From: Octopus bimaculoides
Taxonomy: Eukaryota
Reading direction: 5' to 3'
DNA: 57,176 nucleotides
NCBI RefSeq assembly: GCF_001194135.2
Contig: NC_068994.1
Coordinates: 59,417,849 to 59,475,024, forward strand
Shown piece after piece: positions 46,860 to 57,176 of this stretch. Both the position numbers and the translations under genes were made by a program. How positions within the stretch are numbered: position 1 is the stretch's first letter; each line of letters starts with the position of its first letter. The notes under the pieces were generated by a model that worked only from the letters and a program-made list of their open reading frames with translations, did no database searches and was not told where the DNA came from.

Positions 46860-47505
46860 CCACTCGAGCAGCAGCAGCAGCAGCAGCAACAGCAAACAGA
46901 ATCAACAACTCAGCAACAGTTATGTGCTTTCCACACAGCAACAACAGCATGAGTACCCATCAAAATAACAACAACAACCTTACCAACAAAGCACAACCAA
47001 AAAGCCCCACAAGATTTGTCTCTACCCTCTCCCAAACACTCACACGTCCAACATGGAGGAGGAGGAAAAGAGATTGAATGGCAACAAGTCACCGGATTTG
47101 AAAGAAAAAGGAACAAAAATATACCAACTAAAACACAAAAACCTGGCAGGTATGACGACAGGGAGCAGACACATAACAAAACAAACACACAAACACCTTC
47201 CCCATGTACAAGCACACCAGCGCCAGCAACGTCACCACCTCCACAAGCACAACCTAGTTCACACCCACAACACCGCAAACACAAACAATAAAGAATTTAT
47301 GGCACACCTATCCAACCATCCACACATCACAGACACTGATTTCATCACACCATCAAACACCAGACCACCACTCATGAAATTCCTGCTAACATCACAAAAC
47401 ACGTACAACAAAATAAAAACCAAATATCCCGAAGGAGCTGGGGTCTTCAGGAAAGATATCAACAAAAGACTCCAACAAACTGCTTGTGGAAACAGTCACA
47501 GATAA
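46860..47505 (+). mobile_element. A/C-rich probable LINE ORF1 C-terminal remnant
   Basis: Strong A/C strand bias, low-complexity Q/T/P frames and EIEWQQVTGFERKRNK. It abuts the Tx1-like ORF2 remnant. Confidence 0.4.
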
Positions 47506-47524
47506 CCATGAGGACAGAATAGCT

Positions 47525-49790
47525 CAGACCACAAATTTGTGACCTGTCAACGTAGATAGGCTATGTAGGCAGGGACCCAGTAACTGGAAGCTGAACACAT
47601 CGTTCCAGGTGTGCCAAGCTTACAGGGACCGGATTAGCGTATTAGTTAAGCGAGGATTAACAGGATCAATACTTAACAATAAATGGTGGTATGCCCTGAA
47701 AGGGGCAATTAGAATGGAATTGATTAGGTTTAGCAAGGCACTTGTGATAGAAAAAAGAAAACAGAAGGAAAGCTAGTTAGGGAGTTAGGAGAGGCATTGC
47801 AACTGATGTGCAGGGCAGCAAGATTGGTCCTTGACTAATTCTTCAACACTAAGCAGGAAAGATGACATGCCAGAGTTATGTGCTCTAAGAAATGAGGGGA
47901 ATTAAAGCTGCTTGATGGGCCTGAGAGGCTGAACATGGCAACAAAGCCACAATTCAGTCTTTGGTGGACCCAGGTGGGTGTACAATACTTGAGCCCAAGT
48001 GGATGTGTGCAGCATTTCAAAAGTATTTCACCCAACTGTTTGAGACGAGTGGCAATCCGGAACGCAGGATAAACTTTAGTGCCTACCTTGATGGCATGCC
48101 ATGACTCTCATCAAGTGGGGCAAGGTGTTACGAAATGACGATAACAGCTGCAGAAATACAGGATGCGATGATGGGCTGCACAGCAGGTAAATCACCTGGC
48201 TAGGATGGTCTTTACTATTATATGCCAGACTTGTTTGATGACCTCTCAGCAGATATCTGTAACTGGCAGCAGAATGGGAAAATTCCTAGTTCTGTGAGCC
48301 AAGAAGTGATGGAACTGCTTAGAAAGGAGCCAAACAAGGGGGATCAAATAGAAAATTTTGGCCAAGGTGCCTGTCATTGAAGAACTGATTGGTGATGCAC
48401 ATACATGTGCCATCCTAAAGCAGATCTATCCACGACAACCTCCACCTCGTGACACATCATAGACAGGGCAGGGAATGAAGCTGGCATGAGTGGGGTGTTG
48501 ATCAATTTAGATCAGTCTTTGATAGTGTTGACCACCAATACTTGGTGGCCATCCTCATGGCAACCAGTTTTGATCCCATTTTCCGTGGGTGGATCACAGC
48601 AATGTACAGTGACATTTGCTCAGTAGTTCAGGTGAATAGTTACCCGGATCGGAACCCCTCAGTCCATCAAGAGTATTCCCTCTCATCTCTCCTGTATATG
48701 ATGGCCCTAGGGCCACTACTGCAGAAATTGAAAGCGTTGAGAGGCATCCTGTGCAAACTAGGACATAGGAGAACTGTGTCGGCATACGCAGATGATGTCA
48801 CTGTTATAGTGTTGAACACTAAGCACATAAATCTGGTTGGCACTGCTCTAAAAGAATACAAAGTGGTGACAGGAGCAGAAATTAATCAGAACTTGGCACC
48901 TAGAGAGGCAGAGAAGTACTGGGACAAGGTGGTAAGCAGGGTGGCCAATCTCACCCAGAAATGGGCAGAGAGAAAACTATCCCTGAAAGGTTGGGTGGAG
49001 GAGGCGAATGCGTACATTGCATCTGTCATCTACGACCGCCTTACCGTTGTGCCCTGTCCCAGTTCAAGTTTGACCAAACTGGAGTGCTTGCTATTTTGCT
49101 TTCTGTGGAAGAGGCGCGTTCCATTGGTCAGGCATCCTATTTGCTGCCAACACCCACCAAATGGAAGGCTGGGCATGCGTTGGCTAGTGATGCACAGATA
49201 TGCGCTGAGGCTGTGACATCTTCAGCGCTTCCAAGATGGTGAGCAGTGTGGTCACCGTTTGTCAGATGCGATTTCCCACAACTGAGCTTCAGCCCTGGAA
49301 AGGGCACCTGGCACCTAGAGTGTCATCAGGTGTTCACACTCCTCTGTCAGTCAGGCAATGTGGTCAGTGATAATTCTATTACAGCATTCTATGGAGGGTT
49401 AGTGGTGGGTAAGTGCGACGATTTCTCGGGGAGACTCTGGGTGTCAATAAGAACAAGTTGGCCAAACCCTCATTAACTTTTTCAAATTTCACTTGAAAAG
49501 AAAAGTGAGGGTGGAGAGAGAAGTTCTTCCCCCCGAGCAATTTTCTCAAAAGGTGGGTGAAAAGACAAAGCGGGAAAGGCACTTACCCTAGTGGTCAGAA
49601 CTGTTGTGGGGTTTTCACAAGCAGTTCTAGGAGGTTTTCTTCTTTTGCGGAATTTTGTTGTTATATTCAATTAATGTTGTTTTTCATTGTTTACACAACT
49701 TTCATGTAACCCCGCATTGTATTTGTCCTGTTTTCTTTTTTATGTAAACCCCTTTATGGTTAATAAAGAAATCATTATTATTATTGTTGT
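47525..49790 (+). mobile_element. Tx1/L1-clade LINE ORF2 remnant with intact 3' end
   Basis: SDHKFV, GPSNWKLN, WWYALK, KSPG*DGL, LINLDQS..FDSVDH, YADD (48785-48796), KLSLKG...LWK...GRLGM, C-terminal LKRKVRVERE, AATAAA at 49762-49767 and an (ATT)n tail. Many deletions. Confidence 0.85.
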
Positions 49791-49794
49791 TATT

Positions 49795-50005
49795 GTTAAG
49801 GCAGCAAGCCTTACCATGCTGGGCAAAATGCTTGGTGGCATTCCATCCTCCTTCACATTCTGAATCCAAATTCCACCAAGGTGGACTTTGCCTTTCGTCA
49901 TTTTGGGGGTCGATAAAATAAGTACCAATGAATCACTGGGGGTCAATGTAATCAACTCATCTCCTCTCCCAAAATTGCTGCCCTTGTGGCAAAATTCGAA
50001 ACTAT
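49795..50005 (+). mobile_element. SINE family B copy
   Basis: caaattccaccaaggtggactttgcctttc...ggggtcgataaaataagtacc...gtaatcaactc, ending in (ATT)n. Confidence 0.8.
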
Positions 50006-51379
50006 TATTATTATTATTATCTGCTGTTTCTTATCTGCCCATTGAACTGCTTTACATATAACACAATGGTTGTCAAATGACATGTGAAGGTTAAGTGACT
50101 CACAAAATCAAAACTCTTGAATAGTCAGCAATTTCCGCTTTTCTTTTCACTTAGCTATCGCTTGACATTTCATTGTTTTTTTTTGCCTAATTTCTTGCAT
50201 ATGACGTGTACTAACTTGTTTCACTTCACTGAGTTGCAAATGGCAATTTACATACAATCTATTTCTTGCGAACAAAATAAAGCGAAGGGAAGGCCACTGT
50301 GGGCCAGACATAATGCTTATTTATTTACATTGATTCGAACTAGTCATGTTTTATTGTGTAGCTTTGAGATTTCAAATGACATGTCTACTTTTAGAATGAT
50401 ATTGCAGGGTAAGTGTGAGAGGCAAGATCTGGTCGGTCAGAAGATAAAACAGATAGAATATTTTGGCCAGATTATGGTTGCTTTAATTGCTAAAGGGTTA
50501 ATATGCCAATAAATTTTTGTTAATGTTGATATCAGGACCATCATCATCATCATTGAACGTCTGTTTTTCATGCTGGCATGGGTTGGACAGTTCGACAGAC
50601 TATGAAACCTGGGTACCCTTGCTAACACCAGTCACTTTACAGAGTGTACTGGATGTTTTTTTTTTATGTGGCACCATCACCAGTGCTTCTTACATGGCAC
50701 TTGTTGACATCAGCTTAAGAAAATAAATGTAAAACGGTTCTATAAAAAGCACAGGTAAATTGCAGATAATTGAAGGCGGACATACGAGGTGAAGGAGTTT
50801 CTTACTCCCCCATGTCATTTCAGGTGCTATCCCACTGTATGGCACAGACCCAGGCTGATTAAAGCTTTTTCAATAGATTGATAGATGGAGGTGGAAGGAA
50901 GCCTGCTATTGTGTGTATATATATATATGTGTGTGTCACCTTGTGATGACATTGAATGATAGTTGTAAGCAAACATCATACCTTGCAGGTGGTTTAGCTG
51001 TTTGTTAATCTTCTGTAAAAACATGCCTGACCGTTGTACTGTTCATGTTTGAAGGACAGGGGGAAATATTACCATGTTTGAAAGCAGGTTAGGGTTCGTG
51101 ATGGAAAGAGCATTTCAACTGCAGAGAATCTGTTTCTCCGAATTTCCTGTGGTATACACAAGCATGGAAATGTAGACATTAGAATAATGACGATGCTGAT
51201 AGACACAAAGCCTGAAATTTAGAAGGAGTTTGATGAATAAAGTAACTCCTACTTTTCCTCACTATTCCTACCAGGTTGTTTTAAAGGACTTATATCCTCC
51301 TGTGTCCGATAGTAAATTATTTTCATGTGAACGACCGGTTTTGTGGGTACTTTCTTGTGATGTACCTACCACAAATTGT

Positions 51380-51566
51380 ATGTTCGCAGAGTTGACAAAA
51401 AGGGCCATTTTCCTTGCAGTTTCTTTTCTATATCTTCCTGGTTCCTGGAAACGTGAACGAAATCAGTAACTGGCCGAACGTTGGAGCGCCGGAAAAATTG
51501 TGATCCAGGCAGATGTAGAAGAGAAACTGCAAGTAAAATAGGTTTTTCTGTCAACTTCGTAAACAT
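51380..51566. repeat. Imperfect 65-bp inverted repeat around a 57-bp CpG-rich spacer
   Basis: 51380-51444 aligns ungapped to the reverse complement of 51502-51566 at roughly three-quarters identity (by eye). Confidence 0.75.
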
Positions 51567-52234
51567 TTTTTTTTTCCCCATTGACACTTACATGAGAGAA
51601 ATATATTTACAAGACCGGCCAATTCGGCACGCAGAGGATTAGTATCGGGCAGAGGGGATGACGCAAGTCCTTATTCCGAGCTTAAACCTCACCAGAGATT
51701 TACTTTCTATCCTTCCAGAGATTCGTAAAGAACAAAAAAATACCAATTAGTTAACTGTGGCTTGTTTAATCTATGATCTTTGGTGGGAATGGAATTCTAT
51801 CGGACTCAGAGATACTGCACACAACAGATACGAGCAGCAACAGATAGGAACAGGAACACAACTTCGTCGAACTCTCGCTGTCTAAAGGAAGTAACTCTAC
51901 TTCAGTTCCTTGTTGCCTGCGCTTGAACGAACACTCTTGGAACAGTTTTGTTCATTAATTACAGATCTTACTTTTACGCGGAAGAAAATATATTCTATTT
52001 TTCTAACGATCACTTTTTTGTTTATCCGAGTCAACTTATTTTAAAATTTAACAGGTAATAACTTTCTCTTTCTCCTTTCACACCCATAAAGATACATATA
52101 CAGATGTATGTATGTATGTGTGTGTGTATGTATGCACGTATGTTTGTATGTATGTATGTAATGTATGTATGTATGTACGTACGTACGAATGTATGTTAAT
52201 TATACCTATCTATCTGTCATGTTAATATTGCGGG

Positions 52235-52455
52235 TGCGGCAAGGCATTGAGCTGGCAGGATTCAAAGCACGCCAGACAAAAGTTTAGCGGTACTCCGTCT
52301 TTCACGTTCTGAGTTCAAATTTCGTCAAGGTTGACTTTGCCATTCATCCTTTCGGGGTCGATGGAATAGTACTAGTTGAATACTGGGGTCGCTTGAATCG
52401 ATTAAGCCCTTTCTCGTGAACTTACTGACCTTGCGCCATAATTTGAAACCAATAT
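52235..52455 (+). mobile_element. SINE family B copy
   Basis: gagctggcagg...gagttcaaat...gactttgccattcatcctttcggggtcgat...tttgaaaccaatatt. Confidence 0.8.
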
Positions 52456-52609
52456 TTTGTTTAGACTTAGTGATACTAATAACCTGGTGTTAGAACTCAA
52501 TATACATGTTTCAGAACAAAGTATTAGTCGAGGGCAGAGCGGTAATAAGAAATTAGAATGACAAAGGAATAAATTACTAATTTGTGATCTTCATTAACTT
52601 ATAGCCGTT

Positions 52610-52744
52610 TCTTATATATATGTGTGTGTGTGTATATATATATGTATGTATATATGTGTGTATGTATATATATATATGTATGTATATGTGTGTGTGTGTA
52701 TATATATATATATAAAGAAAATTCAAACATTTCGAGCCTACGCT

Positions 52745-52803
<59 letters not shown>
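52610..52803. repeat. (TA)n/(TG)n compound microsatellites
   Basis: Direct reading. They explain the YI/CV-repeat ORFs. Confidence 0.95.
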
Positions 52804-52804
<1 letters not shown>

Positions 52805-54116
52805 TTTTTGGATTTGGTTTCCAAGATTCTTTATGTGAGTTCGTATGTTGAAGCATATTTTGTTGTGTCTGGGGAGAGTCATTCTCTTTTAGTGCCTTAT
52901 TATTTAATACATTCACCGGCAAAGTTTCCACTCATTTATTTATTTTTCCTAAAATTTTCGTTGCTTCTTGCAACGAATGACTCTCCCCAGACACAACAAT
53001 ATATAATTTATTTTTTCTTATATATATACGTTATTACCTACATCTTTTTCATCACAAGTTCCCTATTAAGGGCGTGTCTAATGAAATTAGATCCATTATA
53101 TACCACAACAATCTTAGTACACGTGCGCGCGCGCGCATGTGTGCAGGGCCGGCCCGAGGGTTGCCGGCGCTGCGGGCAAGCTGACGGTCGTGGAAGTCTC
53201 CATGTCTTTGTCACTCTCACCTGGTTGCATACCTTGAGCCGACCCTGTGTGTATACATGGATGCATTGGAAATCGAGATATGACAAAGCGACAGTTTGTC
53301 AACCTATTCATTGAGTTCATGGGCGATGAATACATCACATTGACCCGATGCTACGGCAAGGTGACTCGCCAGACGCGATCCGAGAACGTCAATGTTACGA
53401 AGAGTATTTGTTTGCCACTCAATTACTTCTTCTGGTCTTGTGTGGGTGTGTTAAATTTTACAAAGAAACAATCGACAATAACTTTACAAGCTCCAGCTCG
53501 TTCACTTTCCTTCGACGAAAGTGAGCAAATACATCTCTGTTTACTTTTCGCTTTTGTTCCAGTTGATTCCAAATTTGGTGTATTGATATAGTTTTATATG
53601 CTAATTATGGAAATAAAATTCATTTTTGCCATAAATTTATAAATAGTTAATAGCTTTTAAAATTTGCCAATCTTGTGTAATTTTAGTCAAACTGAAATGT
53701 TGAAAGTACTGTAAAAGTTCCTTGTACAAGTTAATATGAATTTTATTAAAAAGTATTGATTAATTCTTCAATTTAATGTTAGATTGTTTGGCAACATTCT
53801 GCTTTAAGCACGCTATATAACTCATCATAACTTTTATATATTTTGGAATTCTCAGAAAGTGCTTTTCCACAGAAATTCATACGATTATGCAAAAAACCAA
53901 AGAAATATTTTTAGAACATCTCATGACCGACTCACACCCTCCTCGTTTGTCGTTCTGACTTATTTTACAATATCTTTCTCCCCATAAACACATTTAATGG
54001 TCTATTGCTGAGATTTAAGCCGAAAATTCGGATTGTCTATATTTTAAACTGATTGAAAAAAATTTTTTTTCATACTCGTGTGCATTCGCAAAACTTTTTC
54101 TGAAAATTTCCCCAAA

Positions 54117-54482
54117 GGAGTAGCTACTTGGTAAGTAGCTTGCTTACCAACCACATGGTCCCGGGTTCAGTCCCACTGCATGGCACCTTGGGTAAGTGTC
54201 TTCTACTATAGCCTCAGGCCGACCAAAGTCTTGTGGGTGGATTTGGTAGACAGAAAAGGAAAGAAGCCCGTCGTATATATATGTGTGTGTATGTTTTCCT
54301 CCCTAACATCACTTGACAACCGATGTCGGTGCGTTTACGTTCCCGTAAATTAGCGGTTCGGCAAAAAGGACCGATAGAATAATTATTAGGCTTACAAAGA
54401 ATAAGACCTGAGGTCGATTTGTTCGACTAAAGGCGGTGCTCCAGCATGGCTGCAGTCAAATGACTGAAACAAATAAAAGAAA
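54117..54482 (+). mobile_element. tRNA-derived SINE family C, full length
   Basis: tRNA-like head (gggttcagtccc), the CORE-like block ccttgggtaagtgtcttctactatagcctc, a central microsatellite and the 3' end ggcggtgctccagcatggctgcagtcaaatgactgaaac. Confidence 0.8.
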
Positions 54483-55344
54483 AGATTAAAAAGTTATGAG
54501 GAGTTATAATGGCGTGCTTGAAGCCAATTGGTTTTTATATAATAACCAAAGATGGGCCAGATACTTCAGATGTGACACGAAACGAAGGGGAAGACTTGTT
54601 GGCTCTGGATGAAAGCCCTAATGAACAATTATCCAAAATTCTGATTGCCTCCGTTTACCTAATATCACTTCTCACCCGTCGACACACACTCAGACAGCGG
54701 TGTGCAGTGTTTTGACAAAAAAGGAAAGCTATAATCGTCGTGGCCAGGGTGTTAGAAACACCGACATTGCTAGAAATAAGAGCTGAAATGCTCTACTGCT
54801 GTAGTTAACGCACATAATTGTATACATACAAACTGATAGGGACTATAATCGCTGGAAACCGTCGATCGAGAATTTCCTGTACTGACCAGTCAGTTATGGC
54901 AATTATATATATCCGTTCTAACAGTCTCGCTCACTATCTAATATAAGGCATAAATACAGATTGGTGCCCCGTCGAATTTGTTTCCTCATAACTTTCTGTA
55001 AAATGTATATTTACTAATGAAACTTTTCAAGAGTGTAGATTATGTAAAGTTGATGCTTCAGACATAGAAATCTGATTGGAAACAATTTAAAAAATAAAAA
55101 AAAAAACGATCAAGTTACGGATACTGCCATGCAAGTTGGAAGCAAAATCATCCCAAACTCCGAATTCATTTTTTTTTTTTTTTTTTTTCCAAAAGTTATT
55201 AACCTACTCATATTCTATACCTGGTACCTTCAAGGAAATTGCTTGATAGGCAGAAAACCGTATCTCTGCAAAATTTTATTTTTAGAAAATTATGAGGGAA
55301 CGAAGTCGATGTGTGGGCGCTGAAGCGCAGTTACACGTCATGTA

Positions 55345-55572
55345 TTGGGTTGTCCGGAAAGTTCGTGCCGATTTTTAAAGGAAAGAAAAGGGTCAATAAA
55401 TACTTGCCATTACATTTTAAATCAACCAAATATGAACGATTTTGTTGCACAATGCGTCTCCATCTTTCCTTTAACTTGAAAATACCCTCTTCCCAGAATT
55501 GAGGTGGTTTCATGGCAAATAAGTCGAAAGGTAAGCTACTATAAATCGGCATGAACTTTCCGGACCACCCAA
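55345..55572 (-). mobile_element. 228-bp mariner MITE (internal-deletion derivative)
   Basis: TIRs ttgggttgtccggaaagttcgtgccgattt / ttgggtggtccggaaagttcatgccgattt (2 mismatches in 30) with TA on both sides. The minus strand encodes the transposase C-terminus KPPQFWEEGIFKLKERWRRIV. Confidence 0.9.
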
Positions 55573-56302
55573 TATATACGTCTGTAATATACACACACAC
55601 ACACACACACATACGGGGGTGGAGTAAGTATGCATGGGTGTAAACATAATTTTCTTCAAGGAGTTCTCGATTTTTGTAAAGGATTCACCATTAGAAATTT
55701 AATTGGCATTCCTGGGGCGAAACTCGAAGCTGTTGAAGCGTTCCTCTCGCCACATATTTAAACGAATGTATATGTTTGGTGGAAGAACAATTACAGCCAT
55801 TAAATCGCATTAAAAACATTTATTTCTTGAGATATCAACATTTTCGTCACGTGGAAGCATTCTTGTGATATAAATATCAAGTGTTAAAATATGATCTTTT
55901 CATTTGATAATTATATCGAAGGAATGCGATATATTTATTAGGTTCGTGCATAATTCTTGCGGCTTTTTTTCAATAAATTTTATTCAACAAAAAGCAATAA
56001 CAACATTTAACAAAAACATCTTTAAATGATTATTCCGGAGTATATTCACCATCTACTTCAATTTCTGCTTGGCGTTTTGTTTAAATTTTTTTATTAAATA
56101 AAATTTATTGAAAAAAAAAAACAAAAAAACCGCAATAATTACGATCCAACCTAATAAATATATCCAAACTGGAAACGAACACCAATGTTCCATATGGTAG
56201 GCTTGATAATTTTTGAAGTATTCCTTAATACGCAAATAATGCGGTGTTGAGCACTCATTCTCATATACATATACACATACATACATATACCTATATAACT
56301 AT

Positions 56303-56699
56303 TTGGTTTAACTTCATTATTACAGTGAAGGCAACTTGATGCCAGTCCAAACTAGTTGGTCCAGATTACTTATGCNNNNNNNNNNNNNNNNNNNNNNNNN
56401 NNNNNNNNNNNNATATATATATATATATATAAGTTATAATAATAAATATTTTAAAAACCTTTCAGGTCTGCATGATACACAAAATGAAATGCATTCAATT
56501 CACAAGACCTTGCCCAGTTAAAACATTTCAGAATGTTTTAACTGAGGAATGTCTTGCATAATGGATGTATTTCCGATCATATTTTACGCAGACCTGAAAC
56601 ATTAAATAATTTCAAAATATCATTAATTGGTTTAACTTCATTATTACAGTGAAGGCAACTTGATGCCAGTCCAAACTAGTTGGTCCAGATTACTTATGC
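56303..56699. repeat. Identical 73-bp direct repeat across an assembly gap
   Basis: 56303-56375 is identical to 56627-56699, and the first copy runs straight into Ns. Confidence 0.85.
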
Positions 56700-57176
56700 A
56701 GATACTCTAGCAAGTACATCTCCGTAAAAAGTGTAATAAAGTGAAAAAAAACCCCAATCTATGTATGTTTGTACATATCTGTCTATAATATAGTATAATG
56801 ATTGAAGAAGTGTGGGACTGTGTCCAGTTTATTTATTTTTTTCCCCCATGTTATTAAGAAAAAGTCATATTACTTTGAAGAAATTATAAATGAATATCAA
56901 TCATGGATTATTGTTATATGGACTGTTAGATATGTAATACGTCTGACGTTCCGTGTGTCACGTGGTTCGTCTGAGTTCATTGTTTCATTGTTGTTGTCTT
57001 GTGGGACTGTCGTAGTAAAATGTCATTGATATATATATGGCGGACATGACTTTTGTTTATTCATAACGAACATTGGGTGAGTGCGTTCTTTGTATGTAAT
57101 TGAACAATAAATGTAATAATTAAATTGTATAACTCGTTATGTTATCTCTGCGAGTCAGTCCGAGGGAAACATAACA

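Noticed and set aside
53068-53400. GC/CpG-rich patch as a gene promoter or coding exon
   Set aside because: It begins with a mariner-like terminal sequence (agggcgtgtctaatgaaa) and contains a cagggccggccc TE-like end. It is more likely nested DNA-transposon fragments, and I could not define either element.
56303-56699. 73-bp identical direct repeat as a biological duplication
   Set aside because: One copy abuts an N gap and identity is 100%, so it is most likely a scaffolding or haplotype artefact.
1-57176. CRISPR arrays, rRNA, operons or horizontally acquired bacterial genes
   Set aside because: No repeat-spacer array, rRNA signature or bacterial-type ORF was seen.

Overview
Animal genomic DNA with N gaps, AT-rich and microsatellite-rich, with no prokaryotic features. 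The SINE/LINE repertoire and tandem C2H2 genes suggest a coleoid cephalopod, most likely Octopus (inference). The core is a co-oriented (+ strand) cluster of five C2H2 zinc-finger genes: 14705-16066 (16 fingers), 24556-26805 (23), 31749-32624 (10), 38592-39119 (5) and 43249-44358 (10). Each has a single coding exon; four have a clear splice acceptor just upstream, and all five have a candidate CpG-rich non-coding first exon about 0.8-3.6 kb upstream. None shows a recognisable KRAB, ZAD, BTB or SCAN domain. The spacers hold decayed mobile elements: a Penelope-like retroelement, Tx1/L1-like and RTE LINEs, hAT, mariner, Tigger and probable Sola2 remnants, MITEs and several tRNA-derived SINE families. 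Four observations stand out. (1) A tRNA-headed SINE carries a minimal hammerhead ribozyme (two copies, minus strand). (2) The Penelope-like element has its GIY-YIG motif split by a frame-preserving Asn/Ser/Asp-rich insert of roughly 110-115 codons. (3) The 749-aa ZNF has a five-finger higher-order repeat and a cryptic 24th finger behind its stop codon. (4) A nested inverted-repeat structure lies upstream of the fifth ZNF. All family assignments come from motif recognition by eye, without database searches, and most repeat boundaries are approximate.
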